Shown: in pieces, positions 35,415-44,766 of the stretch | Position numbering within the stretch: the stretch's first letter is position 1 | How the letters are laid out: every line of letters starts with the position of its first letter | NCBI GenBank assembly: GCA_963837465.1 | Contig: CAWINB010000001.1 | Span: 501,646 to 565,645 of the forward strand | Source: Candidatus Doudnabacteria bacterium | Lineage (GTDB): Bacteria > Patescibacteriota > Doudnabacteria > UBA920 | DNA length: 64,000 nt | Reading direction: 5' to 3' | Made by a program: the position numbers and the translations under genes | Notes under the pieces: generated by a model | Databases searched by the model: none | Seen by the model: the letters and a program-made list of their open reading frames with translations, nothing else | What the model was told of the DNA's origin: nothing

Positions 35415-37118
35415 TTATATTATATTTAGCTGTAATCTTTTCTCTATTAGCCGCTTCCTTGCTTCTAGAAAACCATCAAAATTTGCGATGCTCCACTCGC
35501 CGCTGGGAATAAGGTGTTTTTGTAGCTCGGCCTTGTTGCTTCCGATTGATTGCGTCCATTCTTGAAAAGGGGTATTGGACTTTGTTTTGTTCTCAGTGCT
35601 GCCGATATACCGGATGTTATAGATCGAGTTAAACTTGTCTTCCGGGATCCCTGCCTTTTTTAACTCAGAGCGAGAAAAAATATGATCCTGTTCCGGTGCG
35701 TTGCCTTTCAGCCGGGGAGCAAAATTTATTGCGCCGCCGTAACAGATAGCCAAAACGAGATAGCTGTCCCGGGAATTGTAGGAAACGCGATCAAGATCCT
35801 CAGCAGTCACCTGGCCGAATTTTTTAGTTTCATTGCGGATTTTGTCTTTGATAGCTTCTGCCGGAAATTGATTACCAGGGTTCTGGTCTATTGCCTCTTT
35901 GCATTTATATAGCACTGTGTCCGACTGTCCGCCGAATACTCCGCTTAGCAGGGTGTTGATTAGCCAGACCCTGATTACCGTAATCTGAGCTTCCGAAATG
36001 CAGTTTTTCTCTTCGCCGATTCCTTTAATGTCATTCTTAAAAGCCCAATAGACGATAGGGATCAGGGCATTATGGCTTGGTATAGTTCGCTCGCTGGTAA
36101 GATAAAAACGGTCTAGCAGGTCAAAGACAAGCGAAATCGCGCCGCTAATTTTCACCCAATCTTTTTTTAACGTCTCGATTGTTTTTGGTTTGAAATTTTT
36201 TACCTTGTACAACAACTCTTCCGTGGTCGTTGCATATAGCAATAGGGTTGTTTTTAATATAAAATCGTTGGTAAATTTGTAACGATCTTTGTTGATCTTT
36301 GAAAGTAGCTCATCAAATTTTTCCCGCGCATCTCCCCACTTTGATTTAATAGTCGAGAACAACAGATCGGAGTACGTTAGCTCCGTTCCGCCCGAGTTCG
36401 TTCGCACAAAAATATCCAGTACCCGATCATAGTCCTGCACTGTTTCTGGATAATAATAGATTAGTTTTTCGGTTTTTAATTTATCGTATAGCTGGGCAAT
36501 GCCGTTTTTATGCTTGTCTGTTAGCTCAATCGAATACTCGTCTTTAATGCCCTGGGCCGTGTTGTTTATTTCCGAGAAAAATTTTTGGATGGAGTAAATG
36601 TCCTTTACCCTATACCAGAGTTTTCTAGGTCCGTCATCGTCAGCCTCCTCCAAAAAACTAGTACCTTTTTTCTTGTTAAAAAACTTAAACTCGTAGAGTA
36701 AATCGTCTTCACTTTCTTCCTCGCCGCTAAGGATATTGAAGTATAGTTCATATGGATTGGTATGAATAATATAGTTTCCTTTTAGTACCAAGAAAAAAGT
36801 CGTCAGCCGTTGTTGGCCATCAAGAACCAAAAGATACTCGCGCACCGGGTCGATGCTGGTGTCCTCCGTGTTAGTTTCTAGGCTTGTATCCACAAACCGA
36901 AGTTTTTTTATCTTTTCGTCCTGTAAATATTTCCCTTCAAGTCGCCAAAACAGGAATGTGCTAATTGGATAGTCGCGCATTATGGAATCAAAAAGCGCAT
37001 ATACCTGATCAGGCCGCCAGACGAAATTACGCTGAATATCAGGCAAAAAATATTTGCGATTTATGTCCTCGACAACCTCAGATATAGATTTTCTAGTATA
37101 GTCTTGAAGCATAAGCAA
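35415..37118 (-). CDS. GmrSD-like type IV restriction enzyme (DUF262 N-domain + DUF1524/His-Me C-domain)
   Basis: DUF262 signatures LPDIQRNFVW and DGQQRLTT. The C-terminal region ends with an HNH-like motif (HIFSRS). Confidence 0.8.
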   Translation of the reverse strand: MLMLQDYTRKSISEVVEDINRKYFLPDIQRNFVWRPDQVYALFDSIMRDYPISTFLFWRLEGKYLQDEKIKKLRFVDTSLETNTEDTSIDPVREYLLVLDGQQRLTTFFLVLKGNYIIHTNPYELYFNILSGEEESEDDLLYEFKFFNKKKGTSFLEEADDDGPRKLWYRVKDIYSIQKFFSEINNTAQGIKDEYSIELTDKHKNGIAQLYDKLKTEKLIYYYPETVQDYDRVLDIFVRTNSGGTELTYSDLLFSTIKSKWGDAREKFDELLSKINKDRYKFTNDFILKTTLLLYATTTEELLYKVKNFKPKTIETLKKDWVKISGAISLVFDLLDRFYLTSERTIPSHNALIPIVYWAFKNDIKGIGEEKNCISEAQITVIRVWLINTLLSGVFGGQSDTVLYKCKEAIDQNPGNQFPAEAIKDKIRNETKKFGQVTAEDLDRVSYNSRDSYLVLAICYGGAINFAPRLKGNAPEQDHIFSRSELKKAGIPEDKFNSIYNIRYIGSTENKTKSNTPFQEWTQSIGSNKAELQKHLIPSGEWSIANFDGFLEARKRLIEKRLQLNII

Positions 37119-37130
37119 TAAGTAAGTTAA

Positions 37131-39398
37131 TTATAATTTTTTTATATCGTTCAGCGCTTGCTCAATATTTCCATTATGCACTAAGAAAAAGTGTAATTTG
37201 TTTTTGCCCAACGACTGCCATGTTTCGGCCAGCGCAACTTTGTAAGCTGTGTCCTCGTTGCTAATCCGATCCTCGCCTTTCCATTCCAGTGCCAGAATAT
37301 TACCCTTTTTAGTTAAAGCTACAAAGTCCGGATAAAACTTATTTTTCTGCCAACCGTGCAAGAAAAACGGGTCCTTCTTTTCCCGGTTCCTAACCCAAAA
37401 TTCAATATTGGGCAGCGTATCCAAATCCAGCCTCTCTATGAAATTCAGCTCTTCCTTGTTTAATTTATCAATTTTGCGGTAATAATTTTTATTGAACTCC
37501 TGCGGTATTTCCTGCTCTATCGTGATGGTTTCCGGAAACGGCTCAAATGGCTGGGCTGTAATCTTTTTCTTGGCCAGCAAGGAGTCAAAACTCTTTTTGG
37601 CATAGGCGGCCAGAATGCCATCTATAACTGAAGCCAGCTTATCACAAAAGACATAGCGATTGACGGATAGCTCGGCCAGCGAGCGATGTTTAAGCTGATA
37701 GGTCAAAGCCTTTTCAATAAATTTGACCTTGTCGGATTGCTCAAGTAGGGTAAAGCGCAATTTTTTATCAAGCCATAGCATCAATTCCTGCTGCGAGGAT
37801 TTTCTAACGCTGTAAGGCAAGTTTAAAATCTGCTGCCGCCCTTTGATCCAGTGATCGCCCTGAATATCAATAACTGCGCGGCCGTCGCTGTCATAGTGAA
37901 TTTCAAAATCAAATTCGGCATTTTGTTTTGCCAACTCAAAATTATCACCGATCAACTCTTCAAAGGTAAGCGGCTCGTCGCCTAATGCCATCATAGGAAC
38001 GGCGAAATCTTTTTTGACAGCGCGTTCAATTACCCGGGGATCCTTTTGGTCTTTATCGGAAGCGTTAAGTATGTCAGCTTTGCTGTAACCGTTGTTTTCT
38101 AGGCCACCGATGATTTGGGAGGCCGCTTCATTAAAGTTACGAGCCGAGGCAAACACATAGCAGCGGTTTAACTCTTCCTGCTGTTTGCTCTTGGCATAAG
38201 GCATACGGATGATGCGGCCGATAATCTGTTCTACGGCTATCTTTGCGCCAATGTTGGCCAGAGAGATAAGCACATAGGCATAGGAGCAGTCCCAACCTTC
38301 AGCCAGAGCATTAACGGTAATAATGTAACGGATGGGGCATTTTTTGCTGAATAAATCTACTCCCTCTAACCCGTTCTTTTCCGATACTTTTATAGCTATT
38401 TCCTCTTCAGCTATTTTAAGTTTAAGCAAAAAATCCTTGACCTGCTCAACGGTTACATTGTTTTGGGTTTTGCTATTGGGCTGGGCTTGAATTAAAGCGA
38501 TGGGCCGAATGTATTCACCCTTGTTTTTCTTGGCAGTTTTTTCTAACTCTTCCCTCTGATGTAGGCCGCGCTGGAGAGCCTGCTCCCACTGGTTGGCACT
38601 TTCTAGCACAATGGGAATTTTAACCATCTGTTCTTCTTTTAGCTCTCCGGCGCCAATATTCACTAAAATATTGCTGCCGGAACGAGGGGTGGCAGTATAC
38701 TCAATAATAAAGTCTGGGTTTAATTCCTTTAAAAAATCAACTGATAGCTGAGTTTGGGTACGATGGCCTTCATCGATAACAACCAGCGGGTTATTAAGCC
38801 GGATGACATTTGCGAGAGAATAGACTACTGTGCCTTCCTCGTCTTTTTCAAGCCCCGAGTCGTCGCTGATATGCTGGAAATGATCTAGTAAATTGCCGTT
38901 CTCCTGATAAACTTTATATTTATTCTGTAAAGTTTTTTCTTTGCGGAAAGCCTCCAAGCTGGAAACAATTATGCAAAGGTTATCTTCTACATCTTCCTTG
39001 CGGATTCGCAACGCCTCTTCATTGGAAAATATCCGGATACCATTTTCAAAGGTTTCATCTAAAATTTGTCGGTGTGGATCATGCCGGTCTTTAAACTTTT
39101 TTAGGGTTTGGGTCTTAATGGCTTCCGACGGCACGAACCACATAACAATACCGCGCTCCATTTTGCTCTTTAACACGGAACTCATAATCTCGCCAAGTGC
39201 ATTACAGCCGACAAGGGTCTTGCCGCCGCCCGTGGGGATCTTTATGCAGACGTAAGGAACTTCGCCAAAAAATTCAGAGTTGTATGACTGCTCGGCGATT
39301 TCAATAAAGGCACGCTTGGCGCTACCTACCTCTTGCAGAGTTTTTAGATAAGCCCCAAGTTTGTCGAGCGCAATTTGTTGATATTTTTTAAGTTCCAT
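37131..39398 (-). CDS. res: Type III restriction enzyme Res subunit (SF2 helicase-nuclease)
   Basis: Walker A PTGGGKTLV, DEGH box (VVIDEGHRTQ) and helicase motif VI. Confidence 0.85.
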   Translation of the reverse strand: MELKKYQQIALDKLGAYLKTLQEVGSAKRAFIEIAEQSYNSEFFGEVPYVCIKIPTGGGKTLVGCNALGEIMSSVLKSKMERGIVMWFVPSEAIKTQTLKKFKDRHDPHRQILDETFENGIRIFSNEEALRIRKEDVEDNLCIIVSSLEAFRKEKTLQNKYKVYQENGNLLDHFQHISDDSGLEKDEEGTVVYSLANVIRLNNPLVVIDEGHRTQTQLSVDFLKELNPDFIIEYTATPRSGSNILVNIGAGELKEEQMVKIPIVLESANQWEQALQRGLHQREELEKTAKKNKGEYIRPIALIQAQPNSKTQNNVTVEQVKDFLLKLKIAEEEIAIKVSEKNGLEGVDLFSKKCPIRYIITVNALAEGWDCSYAYVLISLANIGAKIAVEQIIGRIIRMPYAKSKQQEELNRCYVFASARNFNEAASQIIGGLENNGYSKADILNASDKDQKDPRVIERAVKKDFAVPMMALGDEPLTFEELIGDNFELAKQNAEFDFEIHYDSDGRAVIDIQGDHWIKGRQQILNLPYSVRKSSQQELMLWLDKKLRFTLLEQSDKVKFIEKALTYQLKHRSLAELSVNRYVFCDKLASVIDGILAAYAKKSFDSLLAKKKITAQPFEPFPETITIEQEIPQEFNKNYYRKIDKLNKEELNFIERLDLDTLPNIEFWVRNREKKDPFFLHGWQKNKFYPDFVALTKKGNILALEWKGEDRISNEDTAYKVALAETWQSLGKNKLHFFLVHNGNIEQALNDIKKL

Positions 39399-39399
39399 A

Positions 39400-40815
39400 T
39401 TAGTAAACCCTTACCTCGTAAGGGATTTGTTTAAAGGTTAAATTATATTGGTCTAAAATTGTGTCATTGATCAGGCACTTGTCGGCGTAGACGACTTTTT
39501 GAAAGCCATCCTTTTTAAGTTTATTTAAAAACGACTTGCCTAAAATATTATTGCCCTTTTCCTTGTATAACAGGTAATATTCCGTTTCGTTAAACTGCCC
39601 AACAAAATTTCCACTAATCTCTTTTGGATTTATGTTAGTCTTGGTCTCGGTAAAATAAATATACGTGGCCAACTGGTTAAATTCGCATTCTTCATCAATC
39701 TGCCCCTGCTCGTTAAACAGCGGTTTACCAAGTTCGCAATATTCAAAGCCCTCTTTGTAGCCGTATTTTATGATAGCGCGTTTTACCCGTTCGGCCGTGA
39801 TATCTTTAGCAACCGCATCTTCCATTTCCACCATAATAAATTTACGATTGCCGCCATCTTCCTTATTTAAATCTAAAACCGCGTGGCCGGTGGTGCCGGA
39901 TCCAGCAAAGGAATCTAATATTAAGTCAGCATCTTTAGTTGCCAATTGTAGCATCCTTTTAATTAAACTCACTGGTTTTGGATAATCAAATGGCTGGTTC
40001 TCACCAAATATACTTTTTAGATCTTTTTTTGCTGAATCATTCGAACCAACCTCGCCGTGCTTCCATAAAGTTTTTGGCTTTAAGCCTTGTTGAACCTCCG
40101 TTAAGAATCTTTTCAAATTTGGAGTTGAGTCGCCGCTTTTTCCAAACCAAACCCTGTTTTCTTTTATTAAAATTAGCATATCTTCCTGTGCGTAAATCCA
40201 GTGCTTGTTAGGCGGCAAATTCCATACTCGTCCAGTTACAGAAGACTTGATTGGATAGCGGCCATTTTTTCGTTCCTCTTTTGCATACAAAGGAATTGCT
40301 TTCCAAGGCCCTCTAGGATCTTTGTCGGGATTAGAATACCGGGCGTCGGCCTCTTCCGACCTGGGCAATAAACCTAGTGGCTTAGTTTCTATTGATTTGG
40401 CATAAACAAAAATATACTCATGGCAATCGGAAATCATTTTTGAGTCATTTTTTGTTGTGTACATTTTTTCCCAAACTACCTGGGCAATAAAATTTTCCGC
40501 CCCGAAAATCTCATCCAACAATAACTTTAAATTGGCACCTTCCTTATCATCAATTGAAATAAAAATCACCCCCTCATCTGCCAATAAATCTCTTAACAAT
40601 TTCAGTCGGGGATACATCATACACAGCCATTTATCATGGCGATTTAAATCCTGCGACTCCGCGCCCACTACTTTGCCCAGCCATTTTTTTATTTTTGGCG
40701 AGTTAACTTTATCGTTATAAACCCAGCCTTCGTTGCCGGTATTATAGGGCGGATCAATGTAGATGCATTTTACTTTGCCACCATAAAAAGGCATCAGAGC
40801 CTTTAGGGCTTCCAA
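39400..40815 (-). CDS. mod: Type III restriction-modification Mod subunit (N6-adenine DNA methyltransferase)
   Basis: IYIDPPYNTG (DPPY) and SAM motif LDSFAGSGTTG. Lies 2 nt upstream of res. Confidence 0.85.
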   Translation of the reverse strand: MEALKALMPFYGGKVKCIYIDPPYNTGNEGWVYNDKVNSPKIKKWLGKVVGAESQDLNRHDKWLCMMYPRLKLLRDLLADEGVIFISIDDKEGANLKLLLDEIFGAENFIAQVVWEKMYTTKNDSKMISDCHEYIFVYAKSIETKPLGLLPRSEEADARYSNPDKDPRGPWKAIPLYAKEERKNGRYPIKSSVTGRVWNLPPNKHWIYAQEDMLILIKENRVWFGKSGDSTPNLKRFLTEVQQGLKPKTLWKHGEVGSNDSAKKDLKSIFGENQPFDYPKPVSLIKRMLQLATKDADLILDSFAGSGTTGHAVLDLNKEDGGNRKFIMVEMEDAVAKDITAERVKRAIIKYGYKEGFEYCELGKPLFNEQGQIDEECEFNQLATYIYFTETKTNINPKEISGNFVGQFNETEYYLLYKEKGNNILGKSFLNKLKKDGFQKVVYADKCLINDTILDQYNLTFKQIPYEVRVY

Positions 40816-40981
40816 ATTATCGCCGTGGACTATAAGGTTCTGGGAACTGTCGCCAACAGAATGCGCTTTTAACTTTTTTGAGGAGTCGGAAAGGAACCTC
40901 TTTGTCGTGATTAACTACAGCTTCCTTACCGATCCAATTTAATGTAGGCATAGGGAAATATGAGATTAAAGACTGCTGGAT

Positions 40982-41518
40982 TTACTTATGGTTGCTTTCA
41001 AACTCTTTGAGCAACTCCAAATAGTGTTTTTGAATAGGAAATGAAACCCACTTTTCAGTTAAAGGACTGATGTTTCCGGCATTTTCAACTATGGTATGGC
41101 ATGGCTGAAAATAAAAGCCCTCAAGCGAGGCCACAAACAGCCAAGGCGAGTGCCAGCGGCGGATTAAATCTTCGGCGATCTGTTTTATTTCATTGTTGTC
41201 CGGCCGGGCGCGATACTTGGTTTCTACCAGAAAAATTTTACCTTCAGTTGGAGCCACAAGAATAAAGTCAGGCGTGTGCCGGATGTCGGCCATGACTTCC
41301 TTATGCTCTTTGAGCAGATGTTGGTATTGAGCTAACTCCGGTGTTGAATATTCGTAACCAAATCGGAGGATAGTGTATTCTCCCATTTCTCGGAACATTT
41401 GTTCAAAAATAATTTCAGCGATTTTACCTTTTATCAACTCCCGGGAAAAGTCAGTGTGTGTGGACATAAAAAAGAATATCGTTACTTCTTGCCCATATTG
41501 TAGCATTTTTAAGGCCAT
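40982..41518 (-). CDS. small PD-(D/E)xK-fold-like hypothetical protein
   Basis: PDFILVAP...KIFLVETKYR gives D-x11-E-x-K spacing. Confidence 0.4.
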   Translation of the reverse strand: MALKMLQYGQEVTIFFFMSTHTDFSRELIKGKIAEIIFEQMFREMGEYTILRFGYEYSTPELAQYQHLLKEHKEVMADIRHTPDFILVAPTEGKIFLVETKYRARPDNNEIKQIAEDLIRRWHSPWLFVASLEGFYFQPCHTIVENAGNISPLTEKWVSFPIQKHYLELLKEFESNHK

Positions 41519-41557
41519 TATGCACTTTATAGTTAAGCCATAAAGTGGTATAATCCA

Positions 41558-41745
41558 AATAACAATTTAGCCTAAACCACGGGCAACCGCGGCATGGCAT
41601 TAACCAAGACTCATCCTAGGTACTGAACCCCGCGTTCAGCGCTCTAGGATGAGCCATACCCGAAAGGGTGTGGGCCGTAAGGCCAGCTGGCGCGGGGCTT
41701 TGTGATTATATACACAATATTCCTACGTCGGCAGAAAGAAAAAGC
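41558..41745 (+). ncRNA. conserved structured RNA leader, copy B
   Basis: TGgTATAAT extended -10 lies immediately upstream. The architecture matches copy A, with compensatory substitutions in the outer stem (CTCATCCTAG/CTAGGATGAG) and in the distal hairpin (GGCCGTAAGGCC). Confidence 0.5.
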
Positions 41746-41751
41746 TAAACT

Positions 41752-42213
41752 ATGGAGTATCAAAAAGTTTGGGAAAAAGTATTAAACCCAGACGAAAAAG
41801 TGGAGTATGAGTTTTCTTTCAGCAATAAATACCGGAAAATGGTGCTAATTGTTTGGTCTATTGTTAGCCTCCTATTTTTATTATTTCACGTGATTTTGCT
41901 TGCCATTTTTATATTTTTAATTGTTTTATTCTGGTGGTATAGAGTGAAAATAGCCAACGCCTATGCTTTCACTGACAGAAGGGTAGTGGTTCACAAGGGA
42001 TGGCTGTCTACCAAAACCACGACTATTGACTACGACAAAATAGTGGAGGTTTCTGTTAAAGAGCCTTTCACTGAACGTAAGTTTTATGGCAGCGGTGACC
42101 TCTATATAAAAACCGCGGGCAATATAATACATGACTTAACTCTTGCCCATATAAACGCTCCTTACGAAGTAAAAAAGAGATTAGATCAATTAAGAAACAA
42201 CTATTTAAAATAA
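41752..42213 (+). CDS. bPH_2 (YdbT-like) bacterial PH-domain membrane protein
   Basis: An N-terminal TM hairpin (MVLIVWSIVSLLFLLFHVILLAIFIFLIVLFWWY) is followed by a PH-like region. Confidence 0.6.
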   Translation: MEYQKVWEKVLNPDEKVEYEFSFSNKYRKMVLIVWSIVSLLFLLFHVILLAIFIFLIVLFWWYRVKIANAYAFTDRRVVVHKGWLSTKTTTIDYDKIVEVSVKEPFTERKFYGSGDLYIKTAGNIIHDLTLAHINAPYEVKKRLDQLRNNYLK

Positions 42214-42254
42214 GATGGGATTGGTAATTTCCGTCCCCAGAAAGGAAAATTTTT

Positions 42255-43013
42255 ATGAACGGTTTGTTTGTGCTTTTATTTCTACTCTCAATCGCAGGAT
42301 TGATAGCAGGACTGATTAAGCCCGCGTGGTTTAATAAATTATTTGCAGGGAAAGCTAATAGGAAAAATACCGCTTTGGCCTTTGGTATTGCCATGGTCGT
42401 ATTTTTGATATTGATCAGCGTTACAAGTCCAAAAAGTAATATAGCCAGCCAACAAGCGAATGTGCAACCCCAGCAGCAGGCCGCCACGATAAGTCAAAAT
42501 GCGGTTATTCCTTCTACCACAAACACAAGCAGCCCTGCAACTGCCAAAGCGATAGCCCCGGCAGCCTCACCAAAGACAATCAAAGCTGCTCCAATTATTC
42601 CTGCCAACCCTCAACCAAAACAGCCAGCGGCTACTACACCTGCGCCTGTTGCAACCCCGCAGCCAACTCCAACTCCAACTCCACAAACAGACAATCAAAA
42701 TACTTCACCAGTATCAAATGAAACAGTTAGTCAAACAAATGCTGTTGCAAAAGCAAAAGATTATTTAAATTACTCAGCATTTTCTCATGATGGACTGGTT
42801 GCTCAATTGGAGTACGACCAATTTTCACAGGCCGATGCGGTTTATGGGGCAGATAATTCCGGTGCTGACTGGGATGCGGAGGCGGCTGCAAAGGCCAAAG
42901 ACTACATGAGCTATTCAGCTTTTTCACGCGGCAGTTTAATTGCACAGTTGGAATATGATAAGTTCACACAAGAACAAGCAGAGTACGGAGCTAACTCGGT
43001 TGGACTACAATAG
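42255..43013 (+). CDS. membrane-anchored protein with two Ltp-like (phage superinfection-exclusion lipoprotein) repeats
   Basis: Two N-terminal TM segments, a Pro/Thr/Ala-rich linker, then two repeats: AKAKDYLNYSAFSHDGLVAQLEYDQFSQADAVYGA and AKAKDYMSYSAFSRGSLIAQLEYDKFTQEQAEYGA. Confidence 0.6.
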   Translation: MNGLFVLLFLLSIAGLIAGLIKPAWFNKLFAGKANRKNTALAFGIAMVVFLILISVTSPKSNIASQQANVQPQQQAATISQNAVIPSTTNTSSPATAKAIAPAASPKTIKAAPIIPANPQPKQPAATTPAPVATPQPTPTPTPQTDNQNTSPVSNETVSQTNAVAKAKDYLNYSAFSHDGLVAQLEYDQFSQADAVYGADNSGADWDAEAAAKAKDYMSYSAFSRGSLIAQLEYDKFTQEQAEYGANSVGLQ

Positions 43014-43032
43014 GATAAATAAAATCGCTAGC

Positions 43033-43797
43033 ATGAACTCATTTAAAGACATCGCATACGAAATCCTGCGTGAATCAAACAAACCTTTGCATAGCAAAGA
43101 CATAACTGACATCGCCCTTAAACGCGGCTGGTTAAAAACGGCCGGCAAGACGCCGGAAGCGACCATGAACGCCACCATCCTTGTCGATGTTAATTCCAAA
43201 AAGGAAAAATCCCGATTTATTAAAACCGGCCCTTCCACTTATGCCTTAAATCTTCAGTTTGTGGAAACCCCTGCCACGGTAGCGGCCGAAGTCAAAGAAC
43301 AAAAAATATTCAAGATTGCCGAAGGCATATCCGAACGGCAAAAAGGCGACATCACCGAAGCCCGGGTAGCGGAATTGATAACGCTATATGGGGAGAGGTG
43401 CCTAGCCTGCTACCGGCCAATCTCGGACGATGAGGGCATCGATATTATCGTCAAAGAAAAAGGTGTGCCCAAGATTATGTACCTACAAGTTAAAAGCCGG
43501 TTTGGGGACGACTCCGGAGAAGCGTTCACAGCTACGGTAAAAACCCATAACGTAGTGGATAGTTTTTCCATGGGCATAATCTTCTGCTTTTTTGATACCG
43601 AGCGCGGCGATCTTTGGGACTATCTGTGGTTCGTGCCTGCTCCGGATTTTCTTAAAAAAGCCAACCGTTTGAGCGAGGGCAACCTGCTGGGCTTTGTGGC
43701 GGGCCGAAAGAAAAAGGAGTCCAACAAGTGGGACGAATATTTGATCGACAAGCGCGAACTGGCTAATACGATTATCCAGCAAATGAAGCGAATATAG
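43033..43797 (+). CDS. HARE-HTH N-domain protein with C-terminal restriction-endonuclease-like region
   Basis: Start placed at MNSFKDIAYEILRESNKPLHSKDITDIAL...GKTPEATMNATI (HARE-HTH signature). The C-terminal DIIVKEKG...YLQVKSR resembles a nuclease core. Confidence 0.5.
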   Translation: MNSFKDIAYEILRESNKPLHSKDITDIALKRGWLKTAGKTPEATMNATILVDVNSKKEKSRFIKTGPSTYALNLQFVETPATVAAEVKEQKIFKIAEGISERQKGDITEARVAELITLYGERCLACYRPISDDEGIDIIVKEKGVPKIMYLQVKSRFGDDSGEAFTATVKTHNVVDSFSMGIIFCFFDTERGDLWDYLWFVPAPDFLKKANRLSEGNLLGFVAGRKKKESNKWDEYLIDKRELANTIIQQMKRI

Positions 43798-43874
43798 GCC
43801 AGCCACGGTCGCCACAAGTATTGTTATTCCGACTAACTTAATCAGCGCAGACGACCTGTGGGTTTGAATTAAAA

Positions 43875-44270
43875 ATTATTCGGGCAATTAAGATGAGTGA
43901 AACAAACCGGTGAAACATTGAGAAATTACCCAAAAGATTCCCCCAAACAGTTTTCAGAACTCAATATACCCCTGATTTGGCGGGCGTCTCGGAGACAATT
44001 CCCCAAAATTTCCCCAAGGGTCTAAAATCAGCATATCAACGACAACAAAAAAGAACTATACTGCCATACCATAAAATTATTCAGGCAATTAAAGCCAGTG
44101 AAGCCATTGCCAGATTACCCAAAGGATTACCCAACAGAGTTTTATGATCACATATACCGCTGATTTGGCGGGTCAACGGGACACAATTACCCAAAATTTA
44201 CCCAAAGGTTTATTTCGGCTCAGAATGACCAAAAAGATGACCAACATATAAATAAAGAAGGTTATGGGCC
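43875..44270. repeat. two tandem ~200-bp degenerate repeats containing paired direct hexamers (TTACCCA/TTCCCCA) at ~11-bp spacing
   Basis: Units begin ATTATTCGGGCAATTAAG (43875) and ATTATTCAGGCAATTAAAG (44075). Internal sites include ATTACCCAAAAGATTCCCCCA, ATTCCCCAAAATTTCCCCA, ATTACCCAAAGGATTACCCA and ATTACCCAAAATTTACCCA. Confidence 0.6.
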
Positions 44271-44344
44271 TATTAACAAGCCTATTTTAGGGTAAGTGAA
44301 CAAAACGTGAACACCTCGTTTTATTGCAAAGCATACGGGTTATT

Positions 44345-44720
44345 TTTACATGACTAAATGCCCAAAAATGTGCCCATTGATAAGAAAAACATGAAATAAA
44401 GCCTTTTAACAAGGGTGTTTTGGGCAGGTGTGCCCAAAAAATGCCCAGCCCGCAAAATGCGAGCCTCTAAAATTGCACAAAAAAATGCACAGTGGCTGTG
44501 TAAGACATAAAAATAACCTTTTAACGAGGGTATTTTAAGTGGTACTGCACAAAAATTGCACACCTTTAAAAAATTACTATCTCCTCATTAAGAGGGTTAA
44601 TAATTTTCTCGAACCTGCTGACCCGTGGCCCTTTATGAAAAAAATACACACCGCCACTGTAAAGAGGCATAACAGCGCAATTATAAGGGGTATTTTAAGA
44701 CGATTACACAAAAATTACAC
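44345..44720. repeat. second array of degenerate tandem repeats with paired hexamers separated by A-tracts
   Basis: Sites: TGCCCA-A5-TGTGCCCA, TGCCCA-A6-TGCCCA, TGCACA-A7-TGCACA, TGCACA-A5T-TGCACA and TACACA-A5T-TACACA. The unit CCTTTTAACRAGGGTRTTTT recurs three times. Confidence 0.55.
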
Positions 44721-44766
44721 AGGTTAAAAATGGTTAAATTAAGAAGTAGGAGTTATAATTCCTCGT

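Noticed and set aside
43862-44720. Possible CRISPR array
   Set aside because: Repeats are degenerate and of unequal length, spacers are not uniform in size, units are about 75-200 bp, and no cas genes are nearby. They fit iteron-like tandem repeats better.
44354-44727. ORFs 44354-44563 (-) and 44539-44727 (+)
   Set aside because: They fall entirely within the low-complexity tandem-repeat array. Their composition-driven reading frames were treated as spurious.
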